This document shows positions 53,873 through 63,309 of a stretch of 64,000 nt of DNA, in pieces (the stretch's first letter is position 1; every line of letters begins with the position of its first letter). The DNA comes from Candidatus Hodarchaeota archaeon (GTDB taxonomy: Archaea; Asgardarchaeota; Lokiarchaeia; Sigyniarchaeales; SOKP01). The notes beneath the pieces are model-generated. The model did not search any database. It saw only the letters and a program-made list of their open reading frames with translations, and was not told the DNA's origin. The stretch lies in contig JBHLJY010000003.1 in the NCBI GenBank assembly GCA_048887225.1, positions 168,395 to 232,394 of the forward strand, given 5' to 3'. The translations under genes were made by a program, and so were the position numbers.

Positions 53873-54448
53873 TTAGAGCATACCCTTTGTGGAAGGAATT
53901 TCGCTAGAAACAATTTTTTTTGCTTTTTTTATTGCCCATGCTAGTGCTTTGAACGCCGATTCAACAATGTGATGTTGATCTTCTCCATAAAGAACATGTA
54001 AGTGTAGATTCATTTTAGTATTTTCTGAAAAGGAATTGAAAAAATGTCTAATATCTTCGACCGCAACATCCTCTATATTATAATCTTCTTTCAAATTGAG
54101 ATTCAGGACTATTGATTTCCGACCACTAAAGTCTATTGCGCATTGTGCTAAAGCTTCGTCCATTGGAATAAGCGCATAACCATAACGATTTATTCCTTTT
54201 TTATCTCCTAAGGCTTTTGAAAAGCATTCTCCCAAAGCTATGCCAATATCCTCAATTATGTGATGTGTCAAATCACCTAATGCTTTAAGCTTTAGATCAA
54301 TTCTAGAATGTCTTGTTAATAAAGTTAACATATGATCCATAAATTTAAACCCAGTATCAATTTCACATTTACCTGATCCGTCCAAATTTAACTCAATAGA
54401 AATATTTGTTTCAGCTGTTTTTCTAGTTATTTCTGCTTTTCTTTCCAA
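53873..54448 (-). CDS. hisB: imidazoleglycerol-phosphate dehydratase
   Basis: 191-aa ORF with a TTG start. Motifs: RKTAETNISIELNLDGSG, DTGFKFMDHML, HHIIEDIGIALG, GEDQHHIVESAFKA. Confidence 0.85.
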   Translation of the reverse strand: MERKAEITRKTAETNISIELNLDGSGKCEIDTGFKFMDHMLTLLTRHSRIDLKLKALGDLTHHIIEDIGIALGECFSKALGDKKGINRYGYALIPMDEALAQCAIDFSGRKSIVLNLNLKEDYNIEDVAVEDIRHFFNSFSENTKMNLHLHVLYGEDQHHIVESAFKALAWAIKKAKKIVSSEIPSTKGML

Positions 54449-54476
54449 GTTTAACTCATCTCATTATGAAAAAAAA

Positions 54477-56399
54477 TTACTTATTAAGATTAGAAATAAA
54501 ATTAGAAATATATTCTTGATCTTTATTAGAAATCCTATATAAATTAAAAACTCGTGAATCAATTTCTTTCTGAATTTGTTCAATGGTGGCTAAATGTTCA
54601 TTTTCAAAATTTAACATTTTTTCAACATATAATTTAATCTCAAGTGCTATGTTTCTTTCCTCATTAGTATTAGGTATTTTAATCGGTAGAGATTTTATTT
54701 TCTCTATTAGAATTCGCGAAAATAATTTTTTATAAGAACAAAAAGACTTAATGAAATAATATGATAAAAGTTTGGAATTAATAATACCAAGTAAATATAA
54801 ATGATTAAATTCAGCTATTGGAGATTGCAAAATTTTCAAATTGTAAAAAGATTGAGAGGTTAATGATAAGTCTTTGTCGTAAGTAGCACAAATTAAACTA
54901 TTTTGACTTAATTGCCTTATGATAATTCGATCCTCGTAAATATCTAAATTTTTGTAATTAATTCCGTTTTTACTTATATCAATATACTTATTGTTTTTTA
55001 TTTGATATCTATTAATTGCGTATAAAAACCTCTTGAAATCTTCATTTTTATTTTCGGGAATTTTTTGGTGAATAATTTTTTCTATATGCTCAGTTTTTAA
55101 GTGAGATTTACATTCAGAACAGATTAAAGCTTTTTTAGGAACGGGAAAGTATGCTCCACATCTTTTGCAAAAAATTATCTCTCCGGTCTTTGCTAACTCA
55201 ACACCCCTGCTTAGATTTATTTTGATTTCTTCATTTTTGTTTAAATTTTTCAATTTAGGAAACTTTTTGTTTAAATGCTCGATAATGGATATATCTGTCT
55301 CATTTAAATGTATTAAGAACTTAAAATCCCATTGCTTTAATGTTTCCTGGGTAATTTGTATTTCTTGTTGATTTGATAATTTGATTTTAATAATATTTTC
55401 ATCTCTTATACATGATTCGCTCTCTTTTTCTAAAATTAATATGATGTTAGACACGATTGCATCATCGAATTTTGGACCAGTATGATAAATTTCTTTGATT
55501 TTGGTTGTATAATAAATGAATTTTCTAATAATTGAACGGTTTGTTAAAGCTAGAAGTGAGTCAGGTACAATATAACCGAATTTTCCTTGATTCTTTAATA
55601 ATTTAATGCCAAGCTCAATAAAGATCTGATAATAATCATATTGACCTTTGTTGGTTTCAAAATCACCTTTTTCTATTAACTCACGATGATTTGAAGGAAT
55701 TTCCCTAATGAATAGATATGGAGGATTTCCGACTACAATATCAAACTTATTGCGAAACTTCAGGTTTAACGCATTGATATTAAGAATATTAAATTTTGGT
55801 AATCTGTAATTATTATCATGTTTTTTTATTATTCTAAAAATTTCAAATAAAATAAAATATATATTAATCTGACATAAGATACAAGCAACGGGATTAATAT
55901 CGACGCCGTAAATATTTTCTTTAATCTTTTGGATGATATATTTCGCATTTACAATCGTTAAATCATTAAATTCAGATATATTGAATAAATTTTTAAAAAA
56001 ATACAACAACCTTTTTACTGCTTGGATAAGAAAACTGCCTGAACCGCAACTAATATCTATAAGTTTCTTGTCTTCTAAACTATTATTAGTATTATATTCA
56101 GTTGCGCTTAAAATGTAATCTACTATTGGTCTTGATGTATAAAATTCACCTAAAGGTTTTCTTTCTGAGTGATTTAGGATTTTTTCATAGATTTTTCTTA
56201 AAAATTCAAAACTCATATCATCAATATTTAAGATATGATTTAATGCGTTATTTTCATTGAGATTATTTACAATCCTTAACTTATCAAGTACTAAATTAAG
56301 TAGCTCTTTCTCTTTTTTATTAAAATTTTTCAATTTATAGAATTCAATTAAAGAATTGATGATACCTTCTTCTTTTATATATTCAATAAATGTTTTCAT
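54477..56399 (-). CDS. gamma-class N6-adenine DNA methyltransferase (Eco57I/TaqI-like) with zinc-ribbon insertion in the C-terminal specificity region
   Basis: 640-aa ORF with GEFYTSRPIVDYIL, IDISCGSGSFLIQ, GVDINPVA, VVGNPPYLFIRE and the later CKRCGAYFPVPKKALICSECKSH. Confidence 0.75.
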   Translation of the reverse strand: MKTFIEYIKEEGIINSLIEFYKLKNFNKKEKELLNLVLDKLRIVNNLNENNALNHILNIDDMSFEFLRKIYEKILNHSERKPLGEFYTSRPIVDYILSATEYNTNNSLEDKKLIDISCGSGSFLIQAVKRLLYFFKNLFNISEFNDLTIVNAKYIIQKIKENIYGVDINPVACILCQINIYFILFEIFRIIKKHDNNYRLPKFNILNINALNLKFRNKFDIVVGNPPYLFIREIPSNHRELIEKGDFETNKGQYDYYQIFIELGIKLLKNQGKFGYIVPDSLLALTNRSIIRKFIYYTTKIKEIYHTGPKFDDAIVSNIILILEKESESCIRDENIIKIKLSNQQEIQITQETLKQWDFKFLIHLNETDISIIEHLNKKFPKLKNLNKNEEIKINLSRGVELAKTGEIIFCKRCGAYFPVPKKALICSECKSHLKTEHIEKIIHQKIPENKNEDFKRFLYAINRYQIKNNKYIDISKNGINYKNLDIYEDRIIIRQLSQNSLICATYDKDLSLTSQSFYNLKILQSPIAEFNHLYLLGIINSKLLSYYFIKSFCSYKKLFSRILIEKIKSLPIKIPNTNEERNIALEIKLYVEKMLNFENEHLATIEQIQKEIDSRVFNLYRISNKDQEYISNFISNLNK

Positions 56400-56538
56400 A
56401 TTATAATGCGAAATAATGCAATAATTTAAACAAAATAATTTTTCATATAAAGTAATGATTCAAATTTTATCTTTTTTCATATTCTCTTATTAATAGCGAT
56501 ACTAAATCTTTTTATTTAATTAAAAAAACATAAAGAAT

Positions 56539-57045
56539 ATGGAAATTACAGAAAGAGGACTTTACGAATTTAAAAATCGCAAATTTCCTAAGAAAATTTG
56601 TTTCAAACCAATAGGAATAATGCATTCACCATTCAAATCCTTAAAAGGTATTCCAATCCAATCATCAATGTCAAAATCAAAAGGAGTAATTGAAATTTAT
56701 TCAGAATATCAATCAGCCTTAAAAGATCTTGATGGATTTTCATATATGTATTGTTTATATTTTCTTGATATGGTGAAGCAACCTGTTCCACTTCAATCTA
56801 AACCCTTTTTGGATAATGAACTGCGGGGTGTTTTTGCGACGAGAACGCCATTTCGTCCAAATCCAATTGGATTATCAATTTTAGAAATCTTAAGCATTAC
56901 TCAAAATAAAATTGATGTGAATAATGTTGATATCTTGAATAAAACTCCAATATTGGACATTAAACCTTATGTTCCCCAGTTTGATTCAAGAAATACTCAT
57001 AAAATTGGATGGCTTCAAGGCAAAATTAAGAAAAAGATAAGTTGA
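56539..57045 (+). CDS. trmO: TsaA/TrmO-family tRNA (adenine37-N6)-methyltransferase-like protein
   Basis: 168-aa ORF with IGIMHSPF, RTPFRPNPIGLSILEI and ILDIKPYVPQFD. Confidence 0.7.
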   Translation: MEITERGLYEFKNRKFPKKICFKPIGIMHSPFKSLKGIPIQSSMSKSKGVIEIYSEYQSALKDLDGFSYMYCLYFLDMVKQPVPLQSKPFLDNELRGVFATRTPFRPNPIGLSILEILSITQNKIDVNNVDILNKTPILDIKPYVPQFDSRNTHKIGWLQGKIKKKIS

Positions 57046-57096
57046 TTCTTTTTTTCTTAAAAAAAAAGATTTATATATTAATAAGATATATGAATA

Positions 57097-58251
57097 TTGG
57101 TTAAGAATTGGAAATTCAGCGTAATATATAATTTAGTATTTGATATGATTATTACTATAATTCTTCTTATTATCTCAATAACGATTTCTATTATTGGAAT
57201 TATTTATAGTTTTACTCATCGTGAGATTTATGGAAGTAAAAGTAGTGTCTATTTAAATATTTCATTACTTATTTTCTTTGGAATCTTTATTTTTACTCTT
57301 TTTGCTTCATCTTCTAATATTTATTTTAATAAAGAGATTGCATTAATCATATGGAAGTTGTCATTAATAACTTGGTTAATTTCAGTAGCATTGTTGAGTA
57401 TGACTCAAGCATTTGAAATAGAACATAAAAAAATGGTAGTTTCTTCTACTTTTCTTTATTCATTTTTAGGAGGGATTAGTGTTAGTTTATTATATTTTCC
57501 AGACTCAATTAAGATAATTCAAGAAGAAACTAATTACCGTTTTATTTTTCAAAATTTTTATATATTAATGTTTATCCTAATATACAATAGTATTGCAATT
57601 ATTTCAATGCCCTATCGTTATATTCGAAATTTTTCTAATTTTCGCGATAAAAAATCAAGTATTGTATTAATGATACTAAGCTTTCAATTTTCTTCTTCAA
57701 TTCTTTTATTCTCAATATATCTTATTACTCAAAATATTTTTATTAAGAATCTTTACTTATTTTTTTATTTAATTAGTGTGGTTATAGCGTACTATATAAT
57801 AGCAAAAAGACCTTCTCTATTTTTTGACCTTACTAATAGGATCTATAATTTCATAATTTTCCATAAAAGCGGGCTACTTTTATATTCATATAATTTTGAA
57901 ACAGGCAAAGAGAGTGTAGATTCCCTCTTAAAGGGACCTATATTAATTGGAATTTCACATATACTTTCAAACTTCGCCGATAAAAAAGAACAATTACATC
58001 TTCTTAAAATGGAGGAATTAGAAATAATTTTTGAATACGATAATAAATTTGGTTATGCTGTTTTGTTACTAACAAATCGCAGAAATTCTATTATTGAAAA
58101 AGGAGTCCGGCGATTTATGGCAAGATTTTCTGAGCTAAATAGAGAGAATTTAATTGAGATTAGTAATTCCAGCAAATTAATTGATATCTCAAAATTTAAA
58201 AATGCAAAGGAAATTATTGTTGAAAAATTTAGTCCTTATCTTATAAGGTAA
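57097..58251 (+). CDS. membrane protein: ~7 TM N-terminal half plus cytoplasmic longin/roadblock-like C-terminal domain
   Basis: 384-aa ORF. The C-terminal ~140 aa (IYNFIIFHKSGLLLYSYNF...ILIGISHILSNF...LEIIFEYDNKFGYAVLLLTN...) show a beta-beta-alpha-beta-beta-alpha pattern. The domain call rests on the pattern only. Confidence 0.5.
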   Translation: MVKNWKFSVIYNLVFDMIITIILLIISITISIIGIIYSFTHREIYGSKSSVYLNISLLIFFGIFIFTLFASSSNIYFNKEIALIIWKLSLITWLISVALLSMTQAFEIEHKKMVVSSTFLYSFLGGISVSLLYFPDSIKIIQEETNYRFIFQNFYILMFILIYNSIAIISMPYRYIRNFSNFRDKKSSIVLMILSFQFSSSILLFSIYLITQNIFIKNLYLFFYLISVVIAYYIIAKRPSLFFDLTNRIYNFIIFHKSGLLLYSYNFETGKESVDSLLKGPILIGISHILSNFADKKEQLHLLKMEELEIIFEYDNKFGYAVLLLTNRRNSIIEKGVRRFMARFSELNRENLIEISNSSKLIDISKFKNAKEIIVEKFSPYLIR

Positions 58252-58374
58252 ATTGAATGAAATTCTGACTTTAACAAAACAGTCTATTTTTAGTTTTTTA
58301 GATTATTATTTGTAGGAAAGTCGTCATTCCGATAAAAATTTAAATAAGTATATGTATAATAGTTTTGTTAAGCA

Positions 58375-59520
58375 ATGTATAATCCTTTAACGATTTCCAT
58401 AATTATTGGTTATTTTATAGTTTTTTTTATACACACATTTACTTTAGTTCATATTATTCGTCATCATAAAAATTACGGCACATTGTTAAATATAATTTTA
58501 ATTATGATATTGATTTTTAATACTGGAATATTATATTCTACTCTTTTTATTTTTTCTATAATCATCTATCAATCAGAAAGTATTAATATTATGTTATGGA
58601 AGTTAACTACTGCTATTGCATTTTTAACATTAGGGCTAATGGTAATAATTGGTTCTTTTATGATTGAATATAAAAAAATATCAATTTTTCCATTTTTATG
58701 TTTTACAGCTCTTTATGGATTTCAAATAGGTCTTTTATTTTTTTTCGATTCTGTTCAAATTATTCATGAATCTTCTGATACTCCACCTTATTTAATTACA
58801 GATACATCGGAGATCAATTTTATTTTTAATTTTTTAACAGGATTAGTAACAATCATCTTTCTAATTTTAATTATAATTTATTTTTTATATATAGGGATTC
58901 TTTTGTATGCTAAATCAAGAGATAAAAAAGCAATTCAAGGATTTTTAATAAATGCAATAATTTTTGGTATTCCTATGATAATATATATACATTATTTAAT
59001 TTTCCATTTAACTACTTTTAGAGAATTATATATTATATTTCTCTGGATAAATTCAATTATTTTATGTTTAACGTTAATTAAGAAACCTGAAATGTTTTTC
59101 GTGTTAACTAATAAAATTTTTTATCTTAATATTTACCACAAATCTGGAATTTTATTATATTCTTATAAATTCGAAAAAGAAGGGATCATAGCTGATTCGG
59201 TTATCTGGGGTAATATATTAATCGGAATAAATCATATAATTTCTGAGTTCATAGGTTCAAGAGATAAAATAGATATGCTTCAGACCAAAAATGCAAAAAT
59301 TATCGTTAATTATAACAATAAGTATGGATTTGCTGTCTTGGTTGTAACCAACCAAAAGAATAAAATTTTAGATAATATAATGGTAAATTTTACTAATGAT
59401 TTTGCAGATCGGTATAAAAGTGAACTATTAGAAATTCAAGATTTAAACAAAATAATAAATGTGTCAGAATTTAAAGATACAAAGGCAATTATAGAGGAAA
59501 ATTTTAAAATTTACCTTTAA
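58375..59520 (+). CDS. membrane protein, tandem paralog of 57097-58251
   Basis: 381-aa ORF with the same architecture. The C-terminal domains align: IFYLNIYHKSGILLYSYKF...ILIGINHIISEF...AKIIVNYNNKYGFAVLVVTN. Confidence 0.5.
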   Translation: MYNPLTISIIIGYFIVFFIHTFTLVHIIRHHKNYGTLLNIILIMILIFNTGILYSTLFIFSIIIYQSESINIMLWKLTTAIAFLTLGLMVIIGSFMIEYKKISIFPFLCFTALYGFQIGLLFFFDSVQIIHESSDTPPYLITDTSEINFIFNFLTGLVTIIFLILIIIYFLYIGILLYAKSRDKKAIQGFLINAIIFGIPMIIYIHYLIFHLTTFRELYIIFLWINSIILCLTLIKKPEMFFVLTNKIFYLNIYHKSGILLYSYKFEKEGIIADSVIWGNILIGINHIISEFIGSRDKIDMLQTKNAKIIVNYNNKYGFAVLVVTNQKNKILDNIMVNFTNDFADRYKSELLEIQDLNKIINVSEFKDTKAIIEENFKIYL

Positions 59521-59642
59521 AAAGATTAAATTCTCTACATAGGAGATTTTTCTTCGAGAATTTTTTTTTAGATATATATTCAATCCAAATCTTTCTTGGA
59601 GAATCTGTTTTATCTTTTCATCTTAATAGAAAAAAAAAAATT

Positions 59643-61259
59643 TTACCAATTTGATTTGTCTTTTAATAGCTTAAAGATATAAGAATCGACAAGAGCATCC
59701 CATGAAGCTACGATGATGTTTTCATGAGCTCCAATCGTGCCCCAAGATCCTTCTTTATCATATGTTTCTGCCAACACACGCACTTTTGAAGCAGTACCTT
59801 CCTTATTTATAATTCTCACTTTAAAATCTGATAAATCGATTTCTTTAATGCTTGGATAAAAATGTATCAAAGCTTTTTTAAGTGCGTTATCAAGGGCATT
59901 AACTGGACCATTACCTTCAGCTGCAGTATGATATTCTTTACCTTCCACAAAAACTTTAATTGTAGCTTCAGAAATTAAATTATCTTTATACATCTCCGTA
60001 AGTACTCTAAATCCTTCTAATTCAAAAAATTTATTTCGATAATAATTAGGGTCTTGTATATTCATGTCCATGCTTCTCATAATAATTTCCAACGATCCTT
60101 CAGCACCTTCAAAAGAATACCCATAATTTTCTTTTTCTTTTATTATTTCAAGAATAGCTGCTACTTTTGGATTATTTTCAGTGAGTGGAATACCAAATTT
60201 TTTAGCCATGTGCATTATAGAGCTCCTACCGGCTAATTCTGATACTTTTATATTTCGGGAATTCCCTACTAGTTCAGGCTCTATGTGTTCGTAAGTTTTG
60301 ACATTCTTAAGCATAGCAGAGATATGAATGCCACCTTTATGTGAAAATGCATTTTTCCCTACAAATGGCTGATCTAGTTCACTGGGTAAATTCGCCATTT
60401 CATAAACAAAATGAGAAACTTCGGTTAAGTTTGTAAGATCCTCGTCTGATACGCAATCAATACCCATCTTTAATTTCAAAATGGGGATTATTGATGTTAG
60501 ATCAGTATTTCCACATCTTTCGCCAAATCCGTTAATTGTTCCTTGAATTATTTTTGCACCATCTGCAAAGGCTTTAAGAGCAATTGCATTTGCTAATCCT
60601 GAATCGTTATGTGCATGAATCCCTAATGGAAGATTATTTCCTAAACAATTCTTTACATCAACTAAAATTGAGCTTAATTCGTGAGGAAGTATACCTCCAT
60701 TAGTATCGCATAATACAATCCAAGAAGCCCCAGCATCTTTAGCAGTTGTCAGTGTCTTTAAAGCGTATTCTTTATTATCTTTATATCCATCAAAAAAATG
60801 TTCAGCGTCGTACATTACTTCTAATCCATTTTGTGTCAGAAATTTGACTGTATCATCTATCATTTTTAGATTTTCTTCTAGACTTGTTTCTAACGCTGCT
60901 TTAACATGCAATTCCCAGCTCTTTCCAAAGATTGTAGCTCGGACAATTCCCGTTTTTAAGAGTGCTTGAATATTTTTATCATTTTCAACATTAATATTTT
61001 TTCGTCTTGTACTACTAAATTGATAAATTTTAGTGTCATCTAAATCCATTTTTTTAATTTTTTTTAAGAATTCAATGTCTTTTGGATTAGATCCTGGCCA
61101 ACCAGCTTCAATCATAGGAATATGTAAATCTTGAATCAATCTTTCCAATATTCTTAATTTATCTTCTATTGAAAAGGCAATGCCAGTTTTTTGGCACCCT
61201 TCTCGAAGAGTTGTGTCATAAATGAATACTTTTTTATCTTCCAATGCTATATTCACCAA
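59643..61259 (-). CDS. citramalate synthase / 2-isopropylmalate synthase family enzyme
   Basis: 538-aa ORF with YDTTLREGCQ, GIHAHNDSGLA and HKGGIH, plus a C-terminal LeuA-dimer-type regulatory domain. The length and layout are more CimA-like. Confidence 0.7.
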   Translation of the reverse strand: MVNIALEDKKVFIYDTTLREGCQKTGIAFSIEDKLRILERLIQDLHIPMIEAGWPGSNPKDIEFLKKIKKMDLDDTKIYQFSSTRRKNINVENDKNIQALLKTGIVRATIFGKSWELHVKAALETSLEENLKMIDDTVKFLTQNGLEVMYDAEHFFDGYKDNKEYALKTLTTAKDAGASWIVLCDTNGGILPHELSSILVDVKNCLGNNLPLGIHAHNDSGLANAIALKAFADGAKIIQGTINGFGERCGNTDLTSIIPILKLKMGIDCVSDEDLTNLTEVSHFVYEMANLPSELDQPFVGKNAFSHKGGIHISAMLKNVKTYEHIEPELVGNSRNIKVSELAGRSSIMHMAKKFGIPLTENNPKVAAILEIIKEKENYGYSFEGAEGSLEIIMRSMDMNIQDPNYYRNKFFELEGFRVLTEMYKDNLISEATIKVFVEGKEYHTAAEGNGPVNALDNALKKALIHFYPSIKEIDLSDFKVRIINKEGTASKVRVLAETYDKEGSWGTIGAHENIIVASWDALVDSYIFKLLKDKSNW

Positions 61260-61555
61260 ATTATTGAAATTTTTTTTATTATATATCGAAAAAGAAATTT
61301 TAAACCAGAAGTCGTAAGAAAAGAAAAATCAAATCGCAAAAAGAGTTTAAAATTTCTTAATGAAATTAAATAATTCCAATAATAGCTATAATACCTATGA
61401 CATTGATAGGAATTATTTTTTTCATTAGTTTTACAAAATAATTGATTATTTATATTTTTTTTTAAAAATTGGACTATAAAAGAAATAAAAAATAAAATTG
61501 CTTTTTTATTTTTAATAAGAGATTTTAAGAAAAATCTTTATAATGGTATGTAAAA

Positions 61556-62146
61556 ATGTCAATAAAATTTTGTCCTGAATGTGGGAACAAATTAGATAAA
61601 GAAGCAGATTTTTGTAGTTATTGTGGGGCTGATTTAAGAGAGAGAATTGCTCTAGAAAAAAAAGATAGGCCAACAACTCCAAAAGAAATAACAATTCCAC
61701 CATCAGAAAAGATTTTAGAACCTAAAAAAGAGGATCTCTCTCAAAAACAATTAGCCGACTTCCTTCCTAGAATGGGTGCTTTAGTTATCGATTTAATGGC
61801 AATTTTAGGAATATCTACAGTAGCTTTCATATTACTTTTTAGACTTGGTTGGATTTTTATTCTGATCATTGTTCCATTGATAAGTTTTTTCTATTTTTGG
61901 ATATTGGAAATAATAACAGATGGTCAGACATTAGGCAAAAAGGCTTTAAGTTTAAGAACAGTGAATGTAAATACGCTTGAACCAGCCGATCCTGGAGATT
62001 ATTTTTTGAACAATTTGTTTAAATTCACTCCAATTACATTCATTATTGATTTAATACTTGGTATTTTTATAAATATAGGAGACTCAAAGAAAAGATTACG
62101 ACTCATGCAAAATGTATCTAAAACTTGTGTAGTTCGAACTAAATAA
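61556..62146 (+). CDS. zinc-ribbon + RDD-family membrane protein
   Basis: 196-aa ORF with FCPECGNKLDKEADFCSYCGADL at the N-terminus. An RDD-type membrane domain follows (RMGALVIDL ... DGQTLGKKALSLRTV). Confidence 0.6.
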   Translation: MSIKFCPECGNKLDKEADFCSYCGADLRERIALEKKDRPTTPKEITIPPSEKILEPKKEDLSQKQLADFLPRMGALVIDLMAILGISTVAFILLFRLGWIFILIIVPLISFFYFWILEIITDGQTLGKKALSLRTVNVNTLEPADPGDYFLNNLFKFTPITFIIDLILGIFINIGDSKKRLRLMQNVSKTCVVRTK

Positions 62147-62209
62147 ATAATTTTTTTATTTATCGGTTTTTATTTTCAATATCTGAATTATTTACAAGTA
62201 TTTTATTAT

Positions 62210-62647
62210 ATGAAGGATAGAAAAATTTCTTCAAAAGAAGAATATGCTGAATCATGGAAAAGAATAATCGCTTGGATTATTGATTCTGCAATTATACTCT
62301 TAACTACTTGGATTTTCTTTCTATTCGTTTTTCAAATGGAAACTTTATTTTATTTTCTATTCCACTTAATTGCTTACTTATTTGGATTTTTTTATTTTTG
62401 GCTTTTAGAATCTTACAATAATGGTCAGACTTTAGGTAAACTAATTTTTGGCCTAAAAACTGTAAATGAAGAGACATTACGTAAAGCATCTAAAGGAGAT
62501 TACTTAAAAAACTGCATACTTAAATCTCATTGGCTTTTATGTATCATTGATGTTATTATTGGTTCTATTAATAATTATGGAGATCCCAAGAATAGATTGC
62601 GAATAATGCAAAACGCTTCTCAAACTGTTATTATTAAAGTTAGATAA
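62210..62647 (+). CDS. RDD-family membrane protein (paralog of the preceding gene, no zinc ribbon)
   Basis: 145-aa ORF with RIIAWIIDSAI and NGQTLGKLIFGLKTV. Its C-terminus (GDPKNRLRIMQNASQTVI) matches the neighbour's GDSKKRLRLMQNVSKTCV. Confidence 0.6.
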   Translation: MKDRKISSKEEYAESWKRIIAWIIDSAIILLTTWIFFLFVFQMETLFYFLFHLIAYLFGFFYFWLLESYNNGQTLGKLIFGLKTVNEETLRKASKGDYLKNCILKSHWLLCIIDVIIGSINNYGDPKNRLRIMQNASQTVIIKVR

Positions 62648-62783
62648 TTTCTTTTTCAATTTCTTGTTTTTTTGTAAAAATTACTTTTTTTTCAGCACCT
62701 ATACATTTTTTAAGGAAGATTTTTATGAATTAAATCAGTGAATACATTATAAATTAAAAATAAATTAAGAGAGGTTTTTAAAA

Positions 62784-62996
62784 ATAGAACAAAGCGAATA
62801 TCAAGATATAGAATGGGCAAATGATTGGAAAATTATTGTAGAGATATTTGATATTATTGATCGTCTGAAAGTATTATTTAAACGGTTAGATATTTCTTAC
62901 CTTCGTCAGGTTGAACAAAGGCTCTTGATTTTAAATCTCGAAAAGTATGCTTATTCATTGCAAAACTACATAATTGAAAAGTATTCTGAAGTTTGA
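62784..62996 (+). CDS. possible small protein (70 aa) with no canonical start codon
   Basis: The frame is open for 76 codons (62769-62996), which is long for this AT-rich DNA. It contains no ATG or GTG, and its only in-frame TTG lies near the 3' end. GAGAGG lies 9 nt upstream of an ATA at 62784. Translation: IEQSEYQDIEWANDWKIIVEIFDIIDRLKVLFKRLDISYLRQVEQRLLILNLEKYAYSLQNYIIEKYSEV. Confidence 0.25.
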   Translation: MEQSEYQDIEWANDWKIIVEIFDIIDRLKVLFKRLDISYLRQVEQRLLILNLEKYAYSLQNYIIEKYSEV

Positions 62997-63144
62997 AGGA
63001 AATTGAATTAAAATGATATTATTCTTTTAAATTTCTCTTTCTTCTTAAATTATTATAATAAGATCAATTTTTTTACACTTCAAGGTAATAAAACTCTTTT
63101 ATAATTTAGATTATAGTTATAGATGTTTCTTTATTTATCTCTTT

Positions 63145-63297
63145 CTAAGGTGCTGTAAAGATAACAAATATTATACCTATTAAAACACCCATAAAAATAA
63201 GAATCAATATTAGAAGTGCTAACCATTCTATTTTATTACTTTTTTTTCGAACAGTCCTAACAGGACGACTAGGTCTTTTTCGTCTAACATGGCTCAT
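63145..63297 (-). CDS. small basic single-pass membrane protein (50 aa)
   Basis: Hand-translated ATG ORF starting 13 nt downstream of the gelsolin-domain gene on the same strand: MSHVRRKRPSRPVRTVRKKSNKIEWLALLILILIFMGVLIGIIFVIFTAP. Confidence 0.3.
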   Translation of the reverse strand: MSHVRRKRPSRPVRTVRKKSNKIEWLALLILILIFMGVLIGIIFVIFTAP

Positions 63298-63309
63298 TGT
63301 TTTCGACTA

